Below are positions 53,194 through 64,000 of a stretch of DNA of 64,000 bases, in pieces. The DNA lies in assembly GCA_035720945.1 (NCBI GenBank), contig DASTNK010000058.1:1148-65147 (forward strand), given 5' to 3'. Every line of letters begins with the position of its first letter. Within the stretch, counting starts at the first letter, position 1. The notes under the pieces are model-generated. The model saw only the letters and a program-made list of their open reading frames with translations. It ran no database searches and was not told the DNA's origin. The DNA is from Burkholderiaceae bacterium. Its GTDB lineage: Bacteria > Pseudomonadota > Gammaproteobacteria > Burkholderiales > Burkholderiaceae_B. A program made the translations under genes and the position numbers.

Positions 53194-53356
53194 CGGCCCG
53201 CCGCGGCAGTTCGTTCCCCGCCCGGGGCGCGCGGCGGCCAACCCGCCGAGCGCCCCGCGGAAACCCCTCGCCGATCCAGGCCGCTCCGGCCCACATCCCT
53301 GGCCGACGGACCGGCGAACCAACCGGGCGGGCACCCCGCCCCACGGAGATCCCGCA

Positions 53357-54250
53357 ATGACCCGCCCCACTTCCGCCGGCGCGCTGTTCCGCCAGGCCCT
53401 CGCCCAGGAACAACCGCTGCAAGTCATCGGCGCCATCAACGCCAATCATGCACTGCTGGCCAAGCGCGCCGGCTACCGCGCCATCTATCTGTCTGGCGGT
53501 GGCGTGGCCGCCGGCTCGCTGGGCCTGCCCGATCTGGGCATCAACACGCTAGATGACGTGCTGACCGACGTGCGTCGCATCACCGACGTATGCGATGTGC
53601 CGTTGATGGTCGACATCGACACGGGGTTCGGTCCCTCCGCGTTCAATATCGCGCGCACGGTCAAAAGCCTGATCAAGTTCGGCGCCGCGGCCTGCCACAT
53701 TGAAGACCAGGTGGGCGCCAAGCGTTGCGGCCACCGGCCGGGCAAGGAAATCGTGTCCGCGCCCGAAATGGTTGATCGCGTCAAGGCGGCGGTCGATGCC
53801 CGCACCGATTCCGACTTCTTCATCATCGCCCGCACCGACGCCATCGCGGTCGATGGGGTGGACGCCGCGCTGGAACGGGCTGTCGCCTGCGCCGAAGCGG
53901 GCGCCGACGCCATCTTCGCCGAAGCCTCGTACGACCTGGACACATACCGGCGTTTCACCAAAACGCTGAACGTGCCGGTGCTGGCCAACATCACGGAATT
54001 CGGCAAGACGCCGCTCTTCACCGTGGAAGAACTCGCGGGCGCGGGCGTGGGCATCGTGCTCTACCCGTTGTCAGCCTTCCGCGCCATGAACAAGGCTGCG
54101 GAAACCGTCTATACCGCCATTCGGCGCGACGGACACCAGAAGAATGTGATCGATATCATGCAGACCCGCGAAGAGCTCTACGATCGCATCGGGTACCACG
54201 AGTACGAATCCAGGCTGGACGCACTGTTTCAGCAAGGCAAATCCAAATAA
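53357..54250 (+). CDS. prpB: 2-methylisocitrate lyase
   Basis: 297 aa. VDIDTGFG and [20 protein letters not shown] (the KRCGH active-site loop). Confidence 0.9.
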   Translation: MTRPTSAGALFRQALAQEQPLQVIGAINANHALLAKRAGYRAIYLSGGGVAAGSLGLPDLGINTLDDVLTDVRRITDVCDVPLMVDIDTGFGPSAFNIARTVKSLIKFGAAACHIEDQVGAKRCGHRPGKEIVSAPEMVDRVKAAVDARTDSDFFIIARTDAIAVDGVDAALERAVACAEAGADAIFAEASYDLDTYRRFTKTLNVPVLANITEFGKTPLFTVEELAGAGVGIVLYPLSAFRAMNKAAETVYTAIRRDGHQKNVIDIMQTREELYDRIGYHEYESRLDALFQQGKSK

Positions 54251-54268
54251 CCTTTCGGGAGTTCAGTG

Positions 54269-55432
54269 ATGGCAACAACAAGCTCTACAGAAAAAGCCGC
54301 GTTCAAACCCAAGAAATCCGTGGCGCTGTCCGGCGTCGTGGCGGGCAATACCGCACTGTGCACCGTCGGCCGCAGCGGCAACGACCTGCACTACCGCGGT
54401 TATGACATCCTGGACATCGCGGAAACGTGCGAGTTCGAGGAAGTGGCCCATCTGCTCATCCACGGCAAGCTGCCCAACAAAGCGGAGCTCGTCGCATACA
54501 AGGGAAAACTGCGCCGTTTGCGCGGCCTGCCGGCTCAGTTGCAGGTGGTGCTGGAAGCCCTGCCCGCGGCCAGCCACCCCATGGACGTCATGCGCACGGC
54601 CGCGTCAGTGCTGGGCTGCGTGCTGCCTGAGAAAGACGATCACAACCTGCCGGATGCGCGCGACATCGCCGACCGCCTGATGGCCAGCCTGGGCTCGGCG
54701 CTTCTGTACTGGTACCACTACAGTCACAACGGCCGCGTCATCGACGTGGAAACGTCCGACGACAGCATTGGCGGGCACTTCCTGCATTTGCTGCATGGCG
54801 CCGAACCCTCCGAGGAATGGGTGCGCGCGATGCACACATCGCTCATCCTGTACGCGGAGCACGAATTCAACGCGTCCACCTTCGCCAGTCGCGTCATCGC
54901 GGGCACGGGCTCCGACATGTATTCCGCGATCGCTGGCGGCATCGGCGCGTTGCGCGGCCCCAAGCACGGCGGCGCCAACGAGGTCGCCTTCGAGGTGCAG
55001 AAACGCTACGAGACACCCGACGACGCCGAGGCCGACATCCGCCGCCGCGTCGAGAACAAGGAGGTCATCATCGGTTTCGGCCATCCGGTCTACACGGTGT
55101 CCGACCCGCGCAACAAGATCATCAAGGACGTCGCGCGCAAGCTGTCGAAGAAAGCGCAGAACACCAAGATGTTCGACGTGGCGGAAAGGCTGGAAACGGT
55201 CATGTGGGACATCAAGAAGATGTTCCCCAATCTGGACTGGTTCTCCGCCGTGTCCTACCACATGATGGGCGTGCCCACGGCCATGTTCACGCCGCTGTTC
55301 GTGATCGCGCGCACGGCGGGCTGGTCGGCGCACATCATCGAACAACGCATCGACAACAAGATCATCCGCCCCACGGCGAACTACGTCGGCCCCGAGGACC
55401 GGAAGTTTGTCGCTCTAGAGAAACGCAAGTAA
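54269..55432 (+). CDS. prpC: 2-methylcitrate synthase
   Basis: Citrate-synthase fold: [43 protein letters not shown] 54269 lies 7 nt after GGGAG; GTG 54266 is an alternative start. Confidence 0.9.
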   Translation: MATTSSTEKAAFKPKKSVALSGVVAGNTALCTVGRSGNDLHYRGYDILDIAETCEFEEVAHLLIHGKLPNKAELVAYKGKLRRLRGLPAQLQVVLEALPAASHPMDVMRTAASVLGCVLPEKDDHNLPDARDIADRLMASLGSALLYWYHYSHNGRVIDVETSDDSIGGHFLHLLHGAEPSEEWVRAMHTSLILYAEHEFNASTFASRVIAGTGSDMYSAIAGGIGALRGPKHGGANEVAFEVQKRYETPDDAEADIRRRVENKEVIIGFGHPVYTVSDPRNKIIKDVARKLSKKAQNTKMFDVAERLETVMWDIKKMFPNLDWFSAVSYHMMGVPTAMFTPLFVIARTAGWSAHIIEQRIDNKIIRPTANYVGPEDRKFVALEKRK

Positions 55433-55454
55433 CCCCCTGTTCCAGGAAGACCCC

Positions 55455-56906
55455 ATGTCCGCGCCAATTTCCAATATCCGCCCGGCTCCCGACCAGGTGC
55501 TGGTCGACATCGTCGATTACGCTCTCGATTACCAAATCAAGAGCGAACTCGCCTACGAGACTGCCCGCAACTGCCTTATCGACACGCTTGGCTGCGGCCT
55601 CGAAGCGCTGGAATATCCAGCCTGCCGCAAGCTGCTGGGCCCCATCGTGCCCGGCACCATTGTGCCGAACGGCGCCAAGGTACCCGGCACGCAGTTCCAG
55701 CTCGACCCGGTCCAGGCCGCGTTCAACATCGGCGCCATCATCCGCTGGCTTGATTTCAACGATACCTGGCTCGCGGCCGAGTGGGGCCATCCCTCCGACA
55801 ACCTGGGCGGTATTCTCGCCACGGCCGATTGGCTGTCGCGCAATGCCGTCGCCGTCGGCAAGGCGCCACTCACGATGCGCGACGTGCTCACCGGCATGAT
55901 CAAGGCGCACGAAATACAGGGCTGCATCGCGCTCGAGAACTCCTTCAACAAGGTCGGCCTCGATCACGTGGTCCTGGTCAAGGTCGCAACCACGGCCGTG
56001 GTCTCGCAGATGCTGGGGCTCAGCCGCGACGAAACCATCAACGCCGTGTCCCTCGCCTGGGTCGACGGGCAAAGCCTGCGCACCTACCGCCACGCGCCCA
56101 ACACAGGTAGCCGCAAGAGCTGGGCGGCGGGCGACGCCACCAGTCGCGCGGTGCGGCTGGCCCTGATCGCCCGTACCGGCGAGATGGGCTACCCCTCGGT
56201 GTTGACCGCCAAGACCTGGGGCTTCTACGATGTGCTGTTCAAAGGCCAGCCGTTCAAGTTCCAGCGCCCCTATGGCAGCTACGTGATGGAGAACGTGCTG
56301 TTCAAGATTTCCTTCCCGGCGGAATTCCACTCGCAAACAGCGGTGGAATGCGCCATGGAATTGCACGAGAAACTCAAGGCCGCGGGCAAGACCACCGAAG
56401 ACATCAAGAAGATCACGATACGCACCCACGAGGCCTGCATCCGCATCATCGACAAGAAAGGGCCGCTGAACAACCCGGCTGACCGCGATCACTGCGTGCA
56501 GTACATGGTGGCCGTGCCAATGATCTTCGGGCGCCTGACGGCGGGGGACTACGAAGACAGCATCGCTGTCGATCCGCGCATCGACGCGCTGCGCGACAAG
56601 ATGATCTGTGTCGAAGACCCGGCGTTCACCGCCGACTACCACGACCCGGAAAAGCGTTCCATCGCCAACGCGCTCACCGTGGAGTTCAATGACGGTTCGG
56701 CGTTCGACGAACTTGTGTGTGAATACCCGATCGGCCACAAGCGTCGCCGCAAAGACGGTATTCCGTTGCTGGAGGCGAAGTTCCGCACCAATCTGGCGCG
56801 GCAGTTCCCAGCCCGCCAGCAACAGCGCATTCTCGGCGTATCGCTGGATCAGAAGACGCTCGAGGCCATGCCAGTGCATGAATACGTGGATCTGTACGTC
56901 ATCTGA
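55455..56906 (+). CDS. prpD: 2-methylcitrate dehydratase
   Basis: 483 aa. MmgE/PrpD family: [30 protein letters not shown]. Confidence 0.9.
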   Translation: MSAPISNIRPAPDQVLVDIVDYALDYQIKSELAYETARNCLIDTLGCGLEALEYPACRKLLGPIVPGTIVPNGAKVPGTQFQLDPVQAAFNIGAIIRWLDFNDTWLAAEWGHPSDNLGGILATADWLSRNAVAVGKAPLTMRDVLTGMIKAHEIQGCIALENSFNKVGLDHVVLVKVATTAVVSQMLGLSRDETINAVSLAWVDGQSLRTYRHAPNTGSRKSWAAGDATSRAVRLALIARTGEMGYPSVLTAKTWGFYDVLFKGQPFKFQRPYGSYVMENVLFKISFPAEFHSQTAVECAMELHEKLKAAGKTTEDIKKITIRTHEACIRIIDKKGPLNNPADRDHCVQYMVAVPMIFGRLTAGDYEDSIAVDPRIDALRDKMICVEDPAFTADYHDPEKRSIANALTVEFNDGSAFDELVCEYPIGHKRRRKDGIPLLEAKFRTNLARQFPARQQQRILGVSLDQKTLEAMPVHEYVDLYVI

Positions 56907-57030
56907 GCCTGCAACCTTTCACCAACACCTCTTCACCGACCGTCTTCGGCGCCAGCACGGGCGCACCCAGCCACGGCATGACGCCGGAGACACCCCCATC
57001 GCGGCGCACCGACACCTTTTCAGCCAGTCA

Positions 57031-57306
57031 ATGAATCCTTCCTTCGAACACGACGCGGCCCACCAACGCATGACTTGCCTGGTAGACGACAGCCTGTCCG
57101 TCCTGGAGTACACCCTCTCGGGCTCGCTGATGACCATCACGCACACAGGGGTACCCACCTCATTGCGCGGGCGGGGTGTCGCGGCGGGATTGACCGGCTT
57201 CGCACTGGATATCGCGCGATGCCGCGGCTGGCGCGTGCGTCCGCTGTGCTCCTACGCCGACGCATTCATCCGGGCACACCCCGAGTACCAGGACCTTCTG
57301 GCCTGA
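57031..57306 (+). CDS. Small GNAT-like protein (YjdJ-type, about 91 aa)
   Basis: MNPSFEHD...ITHTGVPTSLRGRGVAAGLTGFALDIARCRGWRVRPLCSYADAFIRAHPEY. The R-G-x-G-[VI]-A acetyl-CoA-loop-like motif and the size match single-domain GNAT proteins. Confidence 0.65.
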   Translation: MNPSFEHDAAHQRMTCLVDDSLSVLEYTLSGSLMTITHTGVPTSLRGRGVAAGLTGFALDIARCRGWRVRPLCSYADAFIRAHPEYQDLLA

Positions 57307-57348
57307 CGGGCGGCACCAGGCCTGATGCGATGATGTTCCGATTTTTTA

Positions 57349-57377
57349 GTCTTATATAAGATATAATACATAAGACA
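57349..57377. promoter_or_regulatory. Second copy of the GTCTTATATAAGATATAA operator, upstream of acnB
   Basis: 57349-57366 is identical to 51937-51954. The right arm reads ATATAATACA (one mismatch), and an extra ATAAGACA half-site follows at 57370-77. It lies about 74 nt upstream of the acnB ATG. Confidence 0.45.
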
Positions 57378-57450
57378 TATACACCCCGTCACCCGTGTCT
57401 CCACCCGCCGCGGGCGTCGGCTTTTCAACACTGTTCCGAGGTTTCCCTCC

Positions 57451-60036
57451 ATGCTCGAAAACTACCGCCAGCACGTCGCCGAACGTGCAGCCCTGGGCAT
57501 TCCCCCGCTGCCGCTCACCGCGCAACAGACCGCCGACGTCATCGAATTGCTCAAGAACCCGCCGGCCGGCGAAGAAGCCTTTCTGCTGGATCTGATCACC
57601 CATCGCGTGCCGGCGGGCGTCGACGACGCCGCCAAGGTCAAGGCGTCGTATCTGGCGGCGCTGGCGCTGGGCAAGGAAACCTGCGCGCTCATCTCTGCGG
57701 AACAGGCCACGCGGCTGCTGGGCACCATGCTGGGCGGCTACAACATCAGCCCCTTGATCGAACTGCTCGACCACCCCGCCATGGGCCCGGTCGCCGCCGA
57801 AGGCCTCAAACACACTTTGCTGGTTTTCGATGCCTTCCACGACATCAAGGAAAAGGCCGACAAGGGCAATGCGAACGCCAAAGCCGTGGTGCAAAGCTGG
57901 GCTGACGCCGAATGGTTCACCAGCCGCCCGGAAGTGCCGGAAAGCCTCACGATCACAGTGTTCAAGGTCACGGGGGAAACCAATACCGACGACTTGTCAC
58001 CCGCCCCTGACGCATGGAGCCGGCCGGATATTCCGCTGCACGCCCTGGCCATGCTGAAAAACCCCCGCCCCGGCATCGAACCGGAAGAGCCCGGCAAGAC
58101 CGGCCCGATGAAGTTCCTGGAAAACCTGAAAAGCAAAGGCCACCTCGTTGCCTACGTGGGCGACGTGGTGGGAACGGGCTCGTCGCGCAAATCGGCGACC
58201 AATTCGGTCTTGTGGCTCACAGGCGAAGACATCCCCTTCGTGCCCAACAAGCGTTTCGGCGGGGTGTGCCTGGGCGGCAAAATCGCCCCGATCTTCTACA
58301 ACACCATGGAAGACTCCGGCGCGCTGCCCATCGAGCTCGATGTCTCGAGCATGAATATGGGCGATGTGGTCGAACTGCGCCCATATGAAGGGCGCGCACT
58401 GAAGAATGGCGCGGTGATCGCCGAATTCCAGCTCAAGTCCGACGTGCTGCTCGACGAGGCACGCGCCGGCGGACGCATCCCGCTGATCATTGGCCGCGGG
58501 CTCACCGCCCGGGCACGCGAAGCCCTGGGCCTGCCTCCGTCCACGCTATTCCGTCTGCCCAAGGATCCGGCATCATCGGGTAAAGGCTTCACGCTCGCCC
58601 AGAAGATGGTGGGACGTGCATGCGGACTACCCGAAGGCCAGGGCGTGCGTCCCGACACCTACTGCGAGCCGCGCATGACCTCGGTGGGCAGCCAGGACAC
58701 CACCGGCCCCATGACCCGGGACGAACTCAAAGACCTGGCCTGCCTGGGCTTTTCGGCCGATCTGGTGATGCAGTCGTTCTGCCACACAGCCGCCTACCCC
58801 AAGCCGGTCGACGTCAAGACCCATCACGAACTACCCGCGTTCATCAGCACGCGCGGCGGTGTCGCACTGCGCCCGGGCGACGGCATCATCCACTCCTGGC
58901 TCAACCGCATGCTGCTGCCGGATACCGTTGGCACGGGCGGTGACTCGCACACCCGCTTCCCCATCGGCATCAGCTTTCCGGCCGGCTCGGGGCTGGTCGC
59001 CTTCGCGGCCGCAACCGGCGTGATGCCGCTGGATATGCCGGAATCGGTGCTGGTGCGCTTCAAGGGCACTATGCAACCCGGCGTCACGCTGCGCGACCTG
59101 GTCAACGCCATTCCGCTCTACGCCATCAAGCAAGGCCTGCTCACCGTTGAAAAACAAGGCAAGAAGAACATCTTCTCGGGCCGCATCATCGAAATCGAGG
59201 GCCTGCCCGACCTGAAGATCGAACAGGCTTTCGAACTGACCGACGCCTCGGCCGAGCGTTCGGCGGCGGGTTGCACCGTGCGCCTGAACAAAGAGCCCAT
59301 CATCGAATATATCAACAGCAACATCACGCTGCTGAAGTGGATGATCGCCAACGGCTACGAAGACGAGCGCACCCTGGGCCGCCGCATCAAGGCCATGCAG
59401 GCCTGGCTGGACAACCCCCAGCTGCTGGAACCCGACGCCGACGCCGAATACGCCGCCGTCATCGAGATCGACCTGGCGGACGTGCATGAACCCATCGTGG
59501 CGTGCCCGAACGACCCGGACGACGTCAAGACGCTGTCCGAAGTCGCCGGCACGGCGATCGATGAAGTGTTCATCGGCAGTTGCATGACGAACATCGGCCA
59601 TTTCCGCGCCGCGTCCCGTCTTCTGGAAGGCAAGCGTGACATCCCGTCCCGCCTGTGGGTGGCGCCGCCCACCAAGATGGACCAGAAGCAGCTGACCGAG
59701 GAAGGCCATTACGGAATCCTGGGCAGTGCCGGGGCGCGCATGGAGATGCCGGGCTGCTCGCTGTGCATGGGCAACCAGGCCCAGGTGCGGGAAGGCGCCA
59801 CCGTCATGTCCACGAGCACGCGCAACTTCCCCAACCGCCTGGGAAAGAACGCCAATGTGTTCCTGGGCTCGGCGGAGCTCGCCGCGATCTGTTCACGTCT
59901 GGGCCGCATCCCGTCCCGGGAGGAATACATGGCCGAGATGGGCGTGCTGCAGCGCGATAGCGACCGGATCTACCGCTACATGAACTTCGACCAGATCGAG
60001 GATTTCCGGGAGATCGCCGACTCCGTGGGGGTGTAG
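57451..60036 (+). CDS. acnB: Aconitate hydratase B / 2-methylisocitrate dehydratase
   Basis: [22 protein letters not shown]...[10 protein letters not shown] is collinear with E. coli AcnB. 861 aa. Fe-S ligand region CSLCMGNQA. Confidence 0.95.
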   Translation: MLENYRQHVAERAALGIPPLPLTAQQTADVIELLKNPPAGEEAFLLDLITHRVPAGVDDAAKVKASYLAALALGKETCALISAEQATRLLGTMLGGYNISPLIELLDHPAMGPVAAEGLKHTLLVFDAFHDIKEKADKGNANAKAVVQSWADAEWFTSRPEVPESLTITVFKVTGETNTDDLSPAPDAWSRPDIPLHALAMLKNPRPGIEPEEPGKTGPMKFLENLKSKGHLVAYVGDVVGTGSSRKSATNSVLWLTGEDIPFVPNKRFGGVCLGGKIAPIFYNTMEDSGALPIELDVSSMNMGDVVELRPYEGRALKNGAVIAEFQLKSDVLLDEARAGGRIPLIIGRGLTARAREALGLPPSTLFRLPKDPASSGKGFTLAQKMVGRACGLPEGQGVRPDTYCEPRMTSVGSQDTTGPMTRDELKDLACLGFSADLVMQSFCHTAAYPKPVDVKTHHELPAFISTRGGVALRPGDGIIHSWLNRMLLPDTVGTGGDSHTRFPIGISFPAGSGLVAFAAATGVMPLDMPESVLVRFKGTMQPGVTLRDLVNAIPLYAIKQGLLTVEKQGKKNIFSGRIIEIEGLPDLKIEQAFELTDASAERSAAGCTVRLNKEPIIEYINSNITLLKWMIANGYEDERTLGRRIKAMQAWLDNPQLLEPDADAEYAAVIEIDLADVHEPIVACPNDPDDVKTLSEVAGTAIDEVFIGSCMTNIGHFRAASRLLEGKRDIPSRLWVAPPTKMDQKQLTEEGHYGILGSAGARMEMPGCSLCMGNQAQVREGATVMSTSTRNFPNRLGKNANVFLGSAELAAICSRLGRIPSREEYMAEMGVLQRDSDRIYRYMNFDQIEDFREIADSVGV

Positions 60037-60196
60037 GAACCCCCGCATACCGTGCGGACTCATCACCACACGGACTCCGAACCGGCCTAAAATAGCAGGC
60101 GACATTGCCCTCGCGGGCACCGGCCGCGCACCGCCGCGGCCGAGTCCGCTTCGCGTCGACGCACGTTTCACGGCCATCAATCCCACGGAGTCCGTC

Positions 60197-62899
60197 ATGC
60201 CGCACAACACTTTCAACACCCTCAAGTCGTTCAAGATCGGCGGAAAATCCGCGAACTTCCATTCGCTGCCCGAGCTGGGCCGAACGCTGGGTGTCGATGT
60301 GGCACGCCTGCCGGTGTCGCTGCGCATCGTGCTGGAATCGGTGCTGCGCAACTGCGATGGCCAAAAGGTCACTGAAACCCACGTCCGGCAGCTCGCCAAC
60401 TGGAAGCCTCGGGCCAAACGCTCCGAGGAAATCCCATTCGTGGTGTCGCGCGTCGTGCTGCAGGACTTCACCGGCGTGCCCCTGCTCGCCGACATCGCCG
60501 CCATGCGCTCCGTCGCGGCGCGCATGGGCAAAGATCCAAAACGCATCGAACCCATGGTGCCCGTCGACCTGGTGGTCGACCACTCGGTGATGATCGACTT
60601 CTTCGGCACCCAGCGCGCGCTGGGGCAGAACATGGCCCTGGAATTCCAGCGCAACCAGGAACGGTACCAATTCCTGAAATGGGGCATGCAGGCGTTCGAC
60701 ACGTTTGGCGTCGTGCCGCCGGGGTTCGGCATCGTCCACCAGGTCAACCTCGAACATCTGGCGCGCGGCGTGCACCATGACAAGGCCAACAACCTGTACT
60801 ACCCGGATACATTGGTCGGCACCGACAGCCACACCACCATGATCAACGGCATCGGCGTGGTCGGCTGGGGCGTGGGCGGCATCGAGGCCGAAGCGGGCAT
60901 GCTGGGCCAGCCGGTCTACATCCTCACGCCCGACGTCGTCGGCGTCGAACTCACGGGCGAACTACGCGGCGGCGTCACGGCCACCGACCTGGTGCTCACC
61001 GTGACCGAACTGCTGCGCAAGCAGAAAGTCGTCGGCAAGTTCGTCGAGTTCTGTGGGCCGGGCACCTCCAGCCTGTCCGTCACCGACCGCGCCACCATCG
61101 GCAACATGTCGCCCGAATATGGCGCCACCATGGGCTTTTTCCCGGTCGACGACCGCACCATCGAATATTTCAAGGGCACTGGCCGCACCAAGCAGGAAAT
61201 CGATGCGCTCAAGGCGTATTTCAAGGCGCAAGGGCTGTACGGCATCCCCAACGCGAGGGACATCGACTACTCCCAGGTCGTCACACTTGATCTTTCCACG
61301 GTGACACCCTCTCTGGCCGGGCCCAAGCGCCCCCAGGATCGCATCGAGCTCGGCAACGTGAAACGCAAGTTCACCGAACTCTTCTCCGAGCACTCCACCA
61401 ACGGTTTCAGCCAGCCCCCCGAAAAGCTCAACGAAGTCTTCACCACCAGCGCGGGCACCCAGGTCAAGAACGGCGACATCCTCATTGCCGCCATCACATC
61501 ATGCACCAACACCTCCAACCCCAGCGTCCTGCTGGCGGCGGGCCTGATGGCCAAGAAGGCGGTCGAGGCGGGCCTGAAGATACCGCCGCACATCAAGACG
61601 TCGCTGGCGCCGGGTTCCCGCGTTGTCACCCATTACCTTGAAAAGACCGGTCTGCTGCCCTATCTGCAAAAACTGGGATTCAACGTGGCCGCCTACGGCT
61701 GCACCACCTGCATCGGCAACGCCGGCGACCTCACTCCGGATCTGAACGAGGCCATCAACCAGCATGGGCTGGTATGCGCGGCCGTGCTGTCGGGCAACCG
61801 CAACTTCGAAGCGCGCATCCATCCCAACATCAAAGCCAATTTCCTGGGCTCCCCGCCTCTTGTCCTGGCGTATGCGCTGGCCGGAACCATGCTGCGCGAC
61901 CTCATGACCGAGCCGGTCGGCAAGGGCCGGCATGGCGACGTGTGGCTGGGCGACATCTGGCCGTCCAATGCCGAAGTCCGGGCGCTGCTCAACCAGGCCC
62001 TCGACCCGGAAGCCTTCCGCGCCAATTACGGCGAAATCCGCACCAACCCCGGCAAACTCTGGAAGGCCATCGACGGCGTCACGGGTGATGTCTACAACTG
62101 GCCAACATCCACTTACATCGCCGAGCCCCCGTTCTTCGAAGGCTTCGGCATGCGGCCAGCCCCCATGCCAGCCATCAACGGCGCCCATGCCCTGGCCGTG
62201 TTCGGCGACTCCGTCACCACCGACCATATCTCCCCCGCGGGCTCGATCAAGGAATCCTCGCCGGCCGGCCGCTGGCTGCAGGCCAATGGCGTCGCCAAAA
62301 AAGACTTCAACAGCTACGGTTCGCGGCGCGGCAATCACGAAATCATGATGCGCGGCACTTTCGCCAACGTGCGCATCAAGAACCTGATGTTGCCGCCCAA
62401 TGCCGACGGCAGCCGCTATGAAGGCGGTGAAACGCTGCACCAGCCTGATGGCGAGCGCTTGTCCATCTACGACGCCGCCATGCGCTACATCAACGAAGGC
62501 AAGTCCACGGTCGTGTTCGGCGGCGAAGAATACGGCACGGGGTCCTCTCGCGACTGGGCGGCCAAAGGCACACAGCTTCTGGGCGTGCGCGCCGTGATCG
62601 CCCGCAGCTTCGAACGCATCCACCGCAGCAACCTGATCGGCATGGGGGTGTTGCCTCTGCAGTTCCAGGGCAATGATTCCGTCGATTCGCTGGGTATCTC
62701 CGGCGACGAAACCTACGACATCTCGGGCATCGAAAACGGCATGAAACCCCAGCAAGAGGTCACGCTGACCATACACCGCAAAAACGGCGAGTCCATCCGG
62801 GTGCGCACGCTGCTGCGCATCGACACCGACACCGAGGTGGACTACTACCAGCACGGTGGCATCCTGCCCTACGTCCTGCGCGAGTTGCTGGCCGCATGA
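60197..62899 (+). CDS. acnA: Aconitate hydratase A
   Basis: 900 aa. [41 protein letters not shown], and [10 protein letters not shown]. Confidence 0.9.
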   Translation: MPHNTFNTLKSFKIGGKSANFHSLPELGRTLGVDVARLPVSLRIVLESVLRNCDGQKVTETHVRQLANWKPRAKRSEEIPFVVSRVVLQDFTGVPLLADIAAMRSVAARMGKDPKRIEPMVPVDLVVDHSVMIDFFGTQRALGQNMALEFQRNQERYQFLKWGMQAFDTFGVVPPGFGIVHQVNLEHLARGVHHDKANNLYYPDTLVGTDSHTTMINGIGVVGWGVGGIEAEAGMLGQPVYILTPDVVGVELTGELRGGVTATDLVLTVTELLRKQKVVGKFVEFCGPGTSSLSVTDRATIGNMSPEYGATMGFFPVDDRTIEYFKGTGRTKQEIDALKAYFKAQGLYGIPNARDIDYSQVVTLDLSTVTPSLAGPKRPQDRIELGNVKRKFTELFSEHSTNGFSQPPEKLNEVFTTSAGTQVKNGDILIAAITSCTNTSNPSVLLAAGLMAKKAVEAGLKIPPHIKTSLAPGSRVVTHYLEKTGLLPYLQKLGFNVAAYGCTTCIGNAGDLTPDLNEAINQHGLVCAAVLSGNRNFEARIHPNIKANFLGSPPLVLAYALAGTMLRDLMTEPVGKGRHGDVWLGDIWPSNAEVRALLNQALDPEAFRANYGEIRTNPGKLWKAIDGVTGDVYNWPTSTYIAEPPFFEGFGMRPAPMPAINGAHALAVFGDSVTTDHISPAGSIKESSPAGRWLQANGVAKKDFNSYGSRRGNHEIMMRGTFANVRIKNLMLPPNADGSRYEGGETLHQPDGERLSIYDAAMRYINEGKSTVVFGGEEYGTGSSRDWAAKGTQLLGVRAVIARSFERIHRSNLIGMGVLPLQFQGNDSVDSLGISGDETYDISGIENGMKPQQEVTLTIHRKNGESIRVRTLLRIDTDTEVDYYQHGGILPYVLRELLAA

Positions 62900-63040
62900 T
62901 GCGGAGCCGGGCGGGCGGTCCGAACACCCCGCCCCCCGGCGTACGGAAAGTGTGTTGCGCGGCATCCAGCGGTACACTAAGAGGTTTCACGACGACAGTG
63001 CCCTCGCGCGCGGTCGCCACGCTTCACTTTGCCCACGACC

Positions 63041-64000
63041 ATGCCCCGAACCCCGCCTTCCAGCCCATCCCGCCTGTCGCGCGACGCCCAGCACCTGATT
63101 TCCCTGACGGAGTCCCTGGCACTGTCAGGATGCCGCCTTGAGGACACCTATTGGGAGAATCTGCTTGGCCAGCACCTGACCAAGCTGCTGCGGGGGCGCC
63201 GAAACAAACACATCGAGTCCGTGCTCGAGTACCTGCTGGACAACAATCTCAACGCATACGAGATTCTGGTCGAGCAGGCGGAAACCTTTTCGGAATCCAT
63301 CACGCTGTCGGTCGGTGACCGTGACTACGACGTGTTGCTCATCTCGGCGCCGCTGGTGGCCTGGACACGCTATCAGATCCCGGGAGGCGTTCTCGAGGCC
63401 AATGCGCAAACCGCTCTGGCATCGAAACTGCTGGCGTGCGTGGCGGCACCGGGTGCCCGGCTCGCCCTCATACCCGAACTGGTCGGCTTCGAACAAATGC
63501 CCCGCACCTTCCAGGAAACCTGGGTATGGGCCCATCGCCTCGGGCTGGCGGCGCTGGATGCCAAAACCGAACCCTGCGACATCCACAAGACGGAAGACTC
63601 CGAAGGCATGCTGGCCGACGCGCGCTTTCTCGTGGGCGCCATCGTGGTGCCCCAGGGTGCTCCGCTGTTCCGCTGGCAAGCCGACGCGCCCGACACGCCG
63701 ACACGCGAACAATGCCTGCAGGCATGGACCCATGAATGCGCCGAGACACTGGGTACCCTGTTCACGGGATGTACGCTCGAATACATGCTGCCCGACGCCT
63801 ACTACGTGAACAGCCGTGAAGCCGATCGACGCGTGCGCCCGCTGGCACTCAGGGCCGCGGTCACATGGCTGCACACCGCGGTGGGGCTTCCGCCATCCGA
63901 CGTCCGCGCCACAATCGTGGGCTGCGGCGATTCGGTGCCTGAAGAATTCCGTGTCGGTTTCAGCACCCGCCAAAGCAACGACGTGATCTACGGATGCGTC
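63041..64000 (+). CDS. Conserved hypothetical protein (3' end outside window; absent from the ORF track)
   Basis: My own translation from ATG 63041 (MPRTPPSSPSRLSRDAQHLISLTESLALSGCRLEDTYWENLLGQHL...) runs 320 codons to the window edge with no stop, and G/C third positions predominate, as in neighbouring genes. An upstream in-frame stop lies at 62978-80, and TTG 63029 is an alternative start. I cannot assign a family with confidence. Confidence 0.6.
   Translation, partial: MPRTPPSSPSRLSRDAQHLISLTESLALSGCRLEDTYWENLLGQHLTKLLRGRRNKHIESVLEYLLDNNLNAYEILVEQAETFSESITLSVGDRDYDVLLISAPLVAWTRYQIPGGVLEANAQTALASKLLACVAAPGARLALIPELVGFEQMPRTFQETWVWAHRLGLAALDAKTEPCDIHKTEDSEGMLADARFLVGAIVVPQGAPLFRWQADAPDTPTREQCLQAWTHECAETLGTLFTGCTLEYMLPDAYYVNSREADRRVRPLALRAAVTWLHTAVGLPPSDVRATIVGCGDSVPEEFRVGFSTRQSNDVIYGCV

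Noticed and set aside
53194-53356. Very GC-rich mdh-prpB spacer with CCGCCGCG / CGCGGCGG complementarity
   Set aside because: The stems are short, there is no U-run, and in DNA this GC-rich such pairings are common. I could not support a terminator or attenuator call.
52264-53445. 393-aa minus-strand ORF
   Set aside because: It is antisense to mdh and runs through the mdh-prpB spacer. It is a compositional artefact.
55362-56879. 505-aa minus-strand ORF
   Set aside because: It is antisense to prpD.
60197-62899. Possibility that the second aconitase is AcnD (the Fe/S 2-methylcitrate dehydratase of the AcnD/PrpF route)
   Set aside because: No prpF follows it and prpD is present. Its length (900 aa) and N-terminal sequence look like housekeeping AcnA. 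This could still be checked by phylogeny.
61499-62977. 492-aa minus-strand ORF
   Set aside because: It is antisense to acnA.
63125-63973. 282-aa minus-strand ORF at the right edge
   Set aside because: The opposite strand carries an uninterrupted 320-codon frame with gene-like third-position GC bias and a balanced composition. The minus-strand product is Arg/Gly/His-rich.

Overview
High-GC, densely packed chromosomal segment. Gene content and synteny look like a betaproteobacterium of the Burkholderiales, possibly Alcaligenaceae; that placement is inference only. Almost all of it is housekeeping: yggT, prmA-accBC-aroQ, mpl, an RNase II-family gene, aroE-mtgA-lptG-apaH, ruvX/yqgE, rubredoxin, thiD-like/thiE, hemL, argJ, rplU-rpmA-obgE-proB, dadA with its Lrp regulator, thiC behind a TPP riboswitch, ftsEX, mutY, and a roughly 17-kb TCA/methylcitrate supercluster (gltA-sdhE-sdhBADC, gntR, mdh-prpBCD, acnB, acnA). 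The accessory-looking parts are (i) a MarR-controlled aromatic acyl-CoA hydroxylase/beta-oxidation-like operon at 20.9-28.9 kb, (ii) a LysR / DUF4148 / LysR paralog islet at 33.6-36.3 kb, and (iii) a divergent pair of a degenerate response regulator and an XRE regulator at 38.3-39.6 kb. By eye I found no rRNA, tRNA, CRISPR array, transposase, integrase or recognisable defence or toxin genes, and no convincing novel multi-gene system. The most unusual items are a 210-bp rod-like palindromic (MITE-like or structured-RNA) element with flanking 6-bp direct repeats in an oversized mutY-gltA spacer, an 18-nt AT-rich operator present upstream of both mdh/gntR and acnB, a repeat array of 9-mers abutting the GTG start of the XRE gene, and a 3 x 24-bp in-frame tandem repeat at the 3' end of a LysR gene. 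Two real genes are missing from the supplied ORF track: a 59-aa rubredoxin, and an ORF running off the right edge. All coordinates and motifs were read by eye, with no searches or folding programs, so family names rest on recognised motifs.
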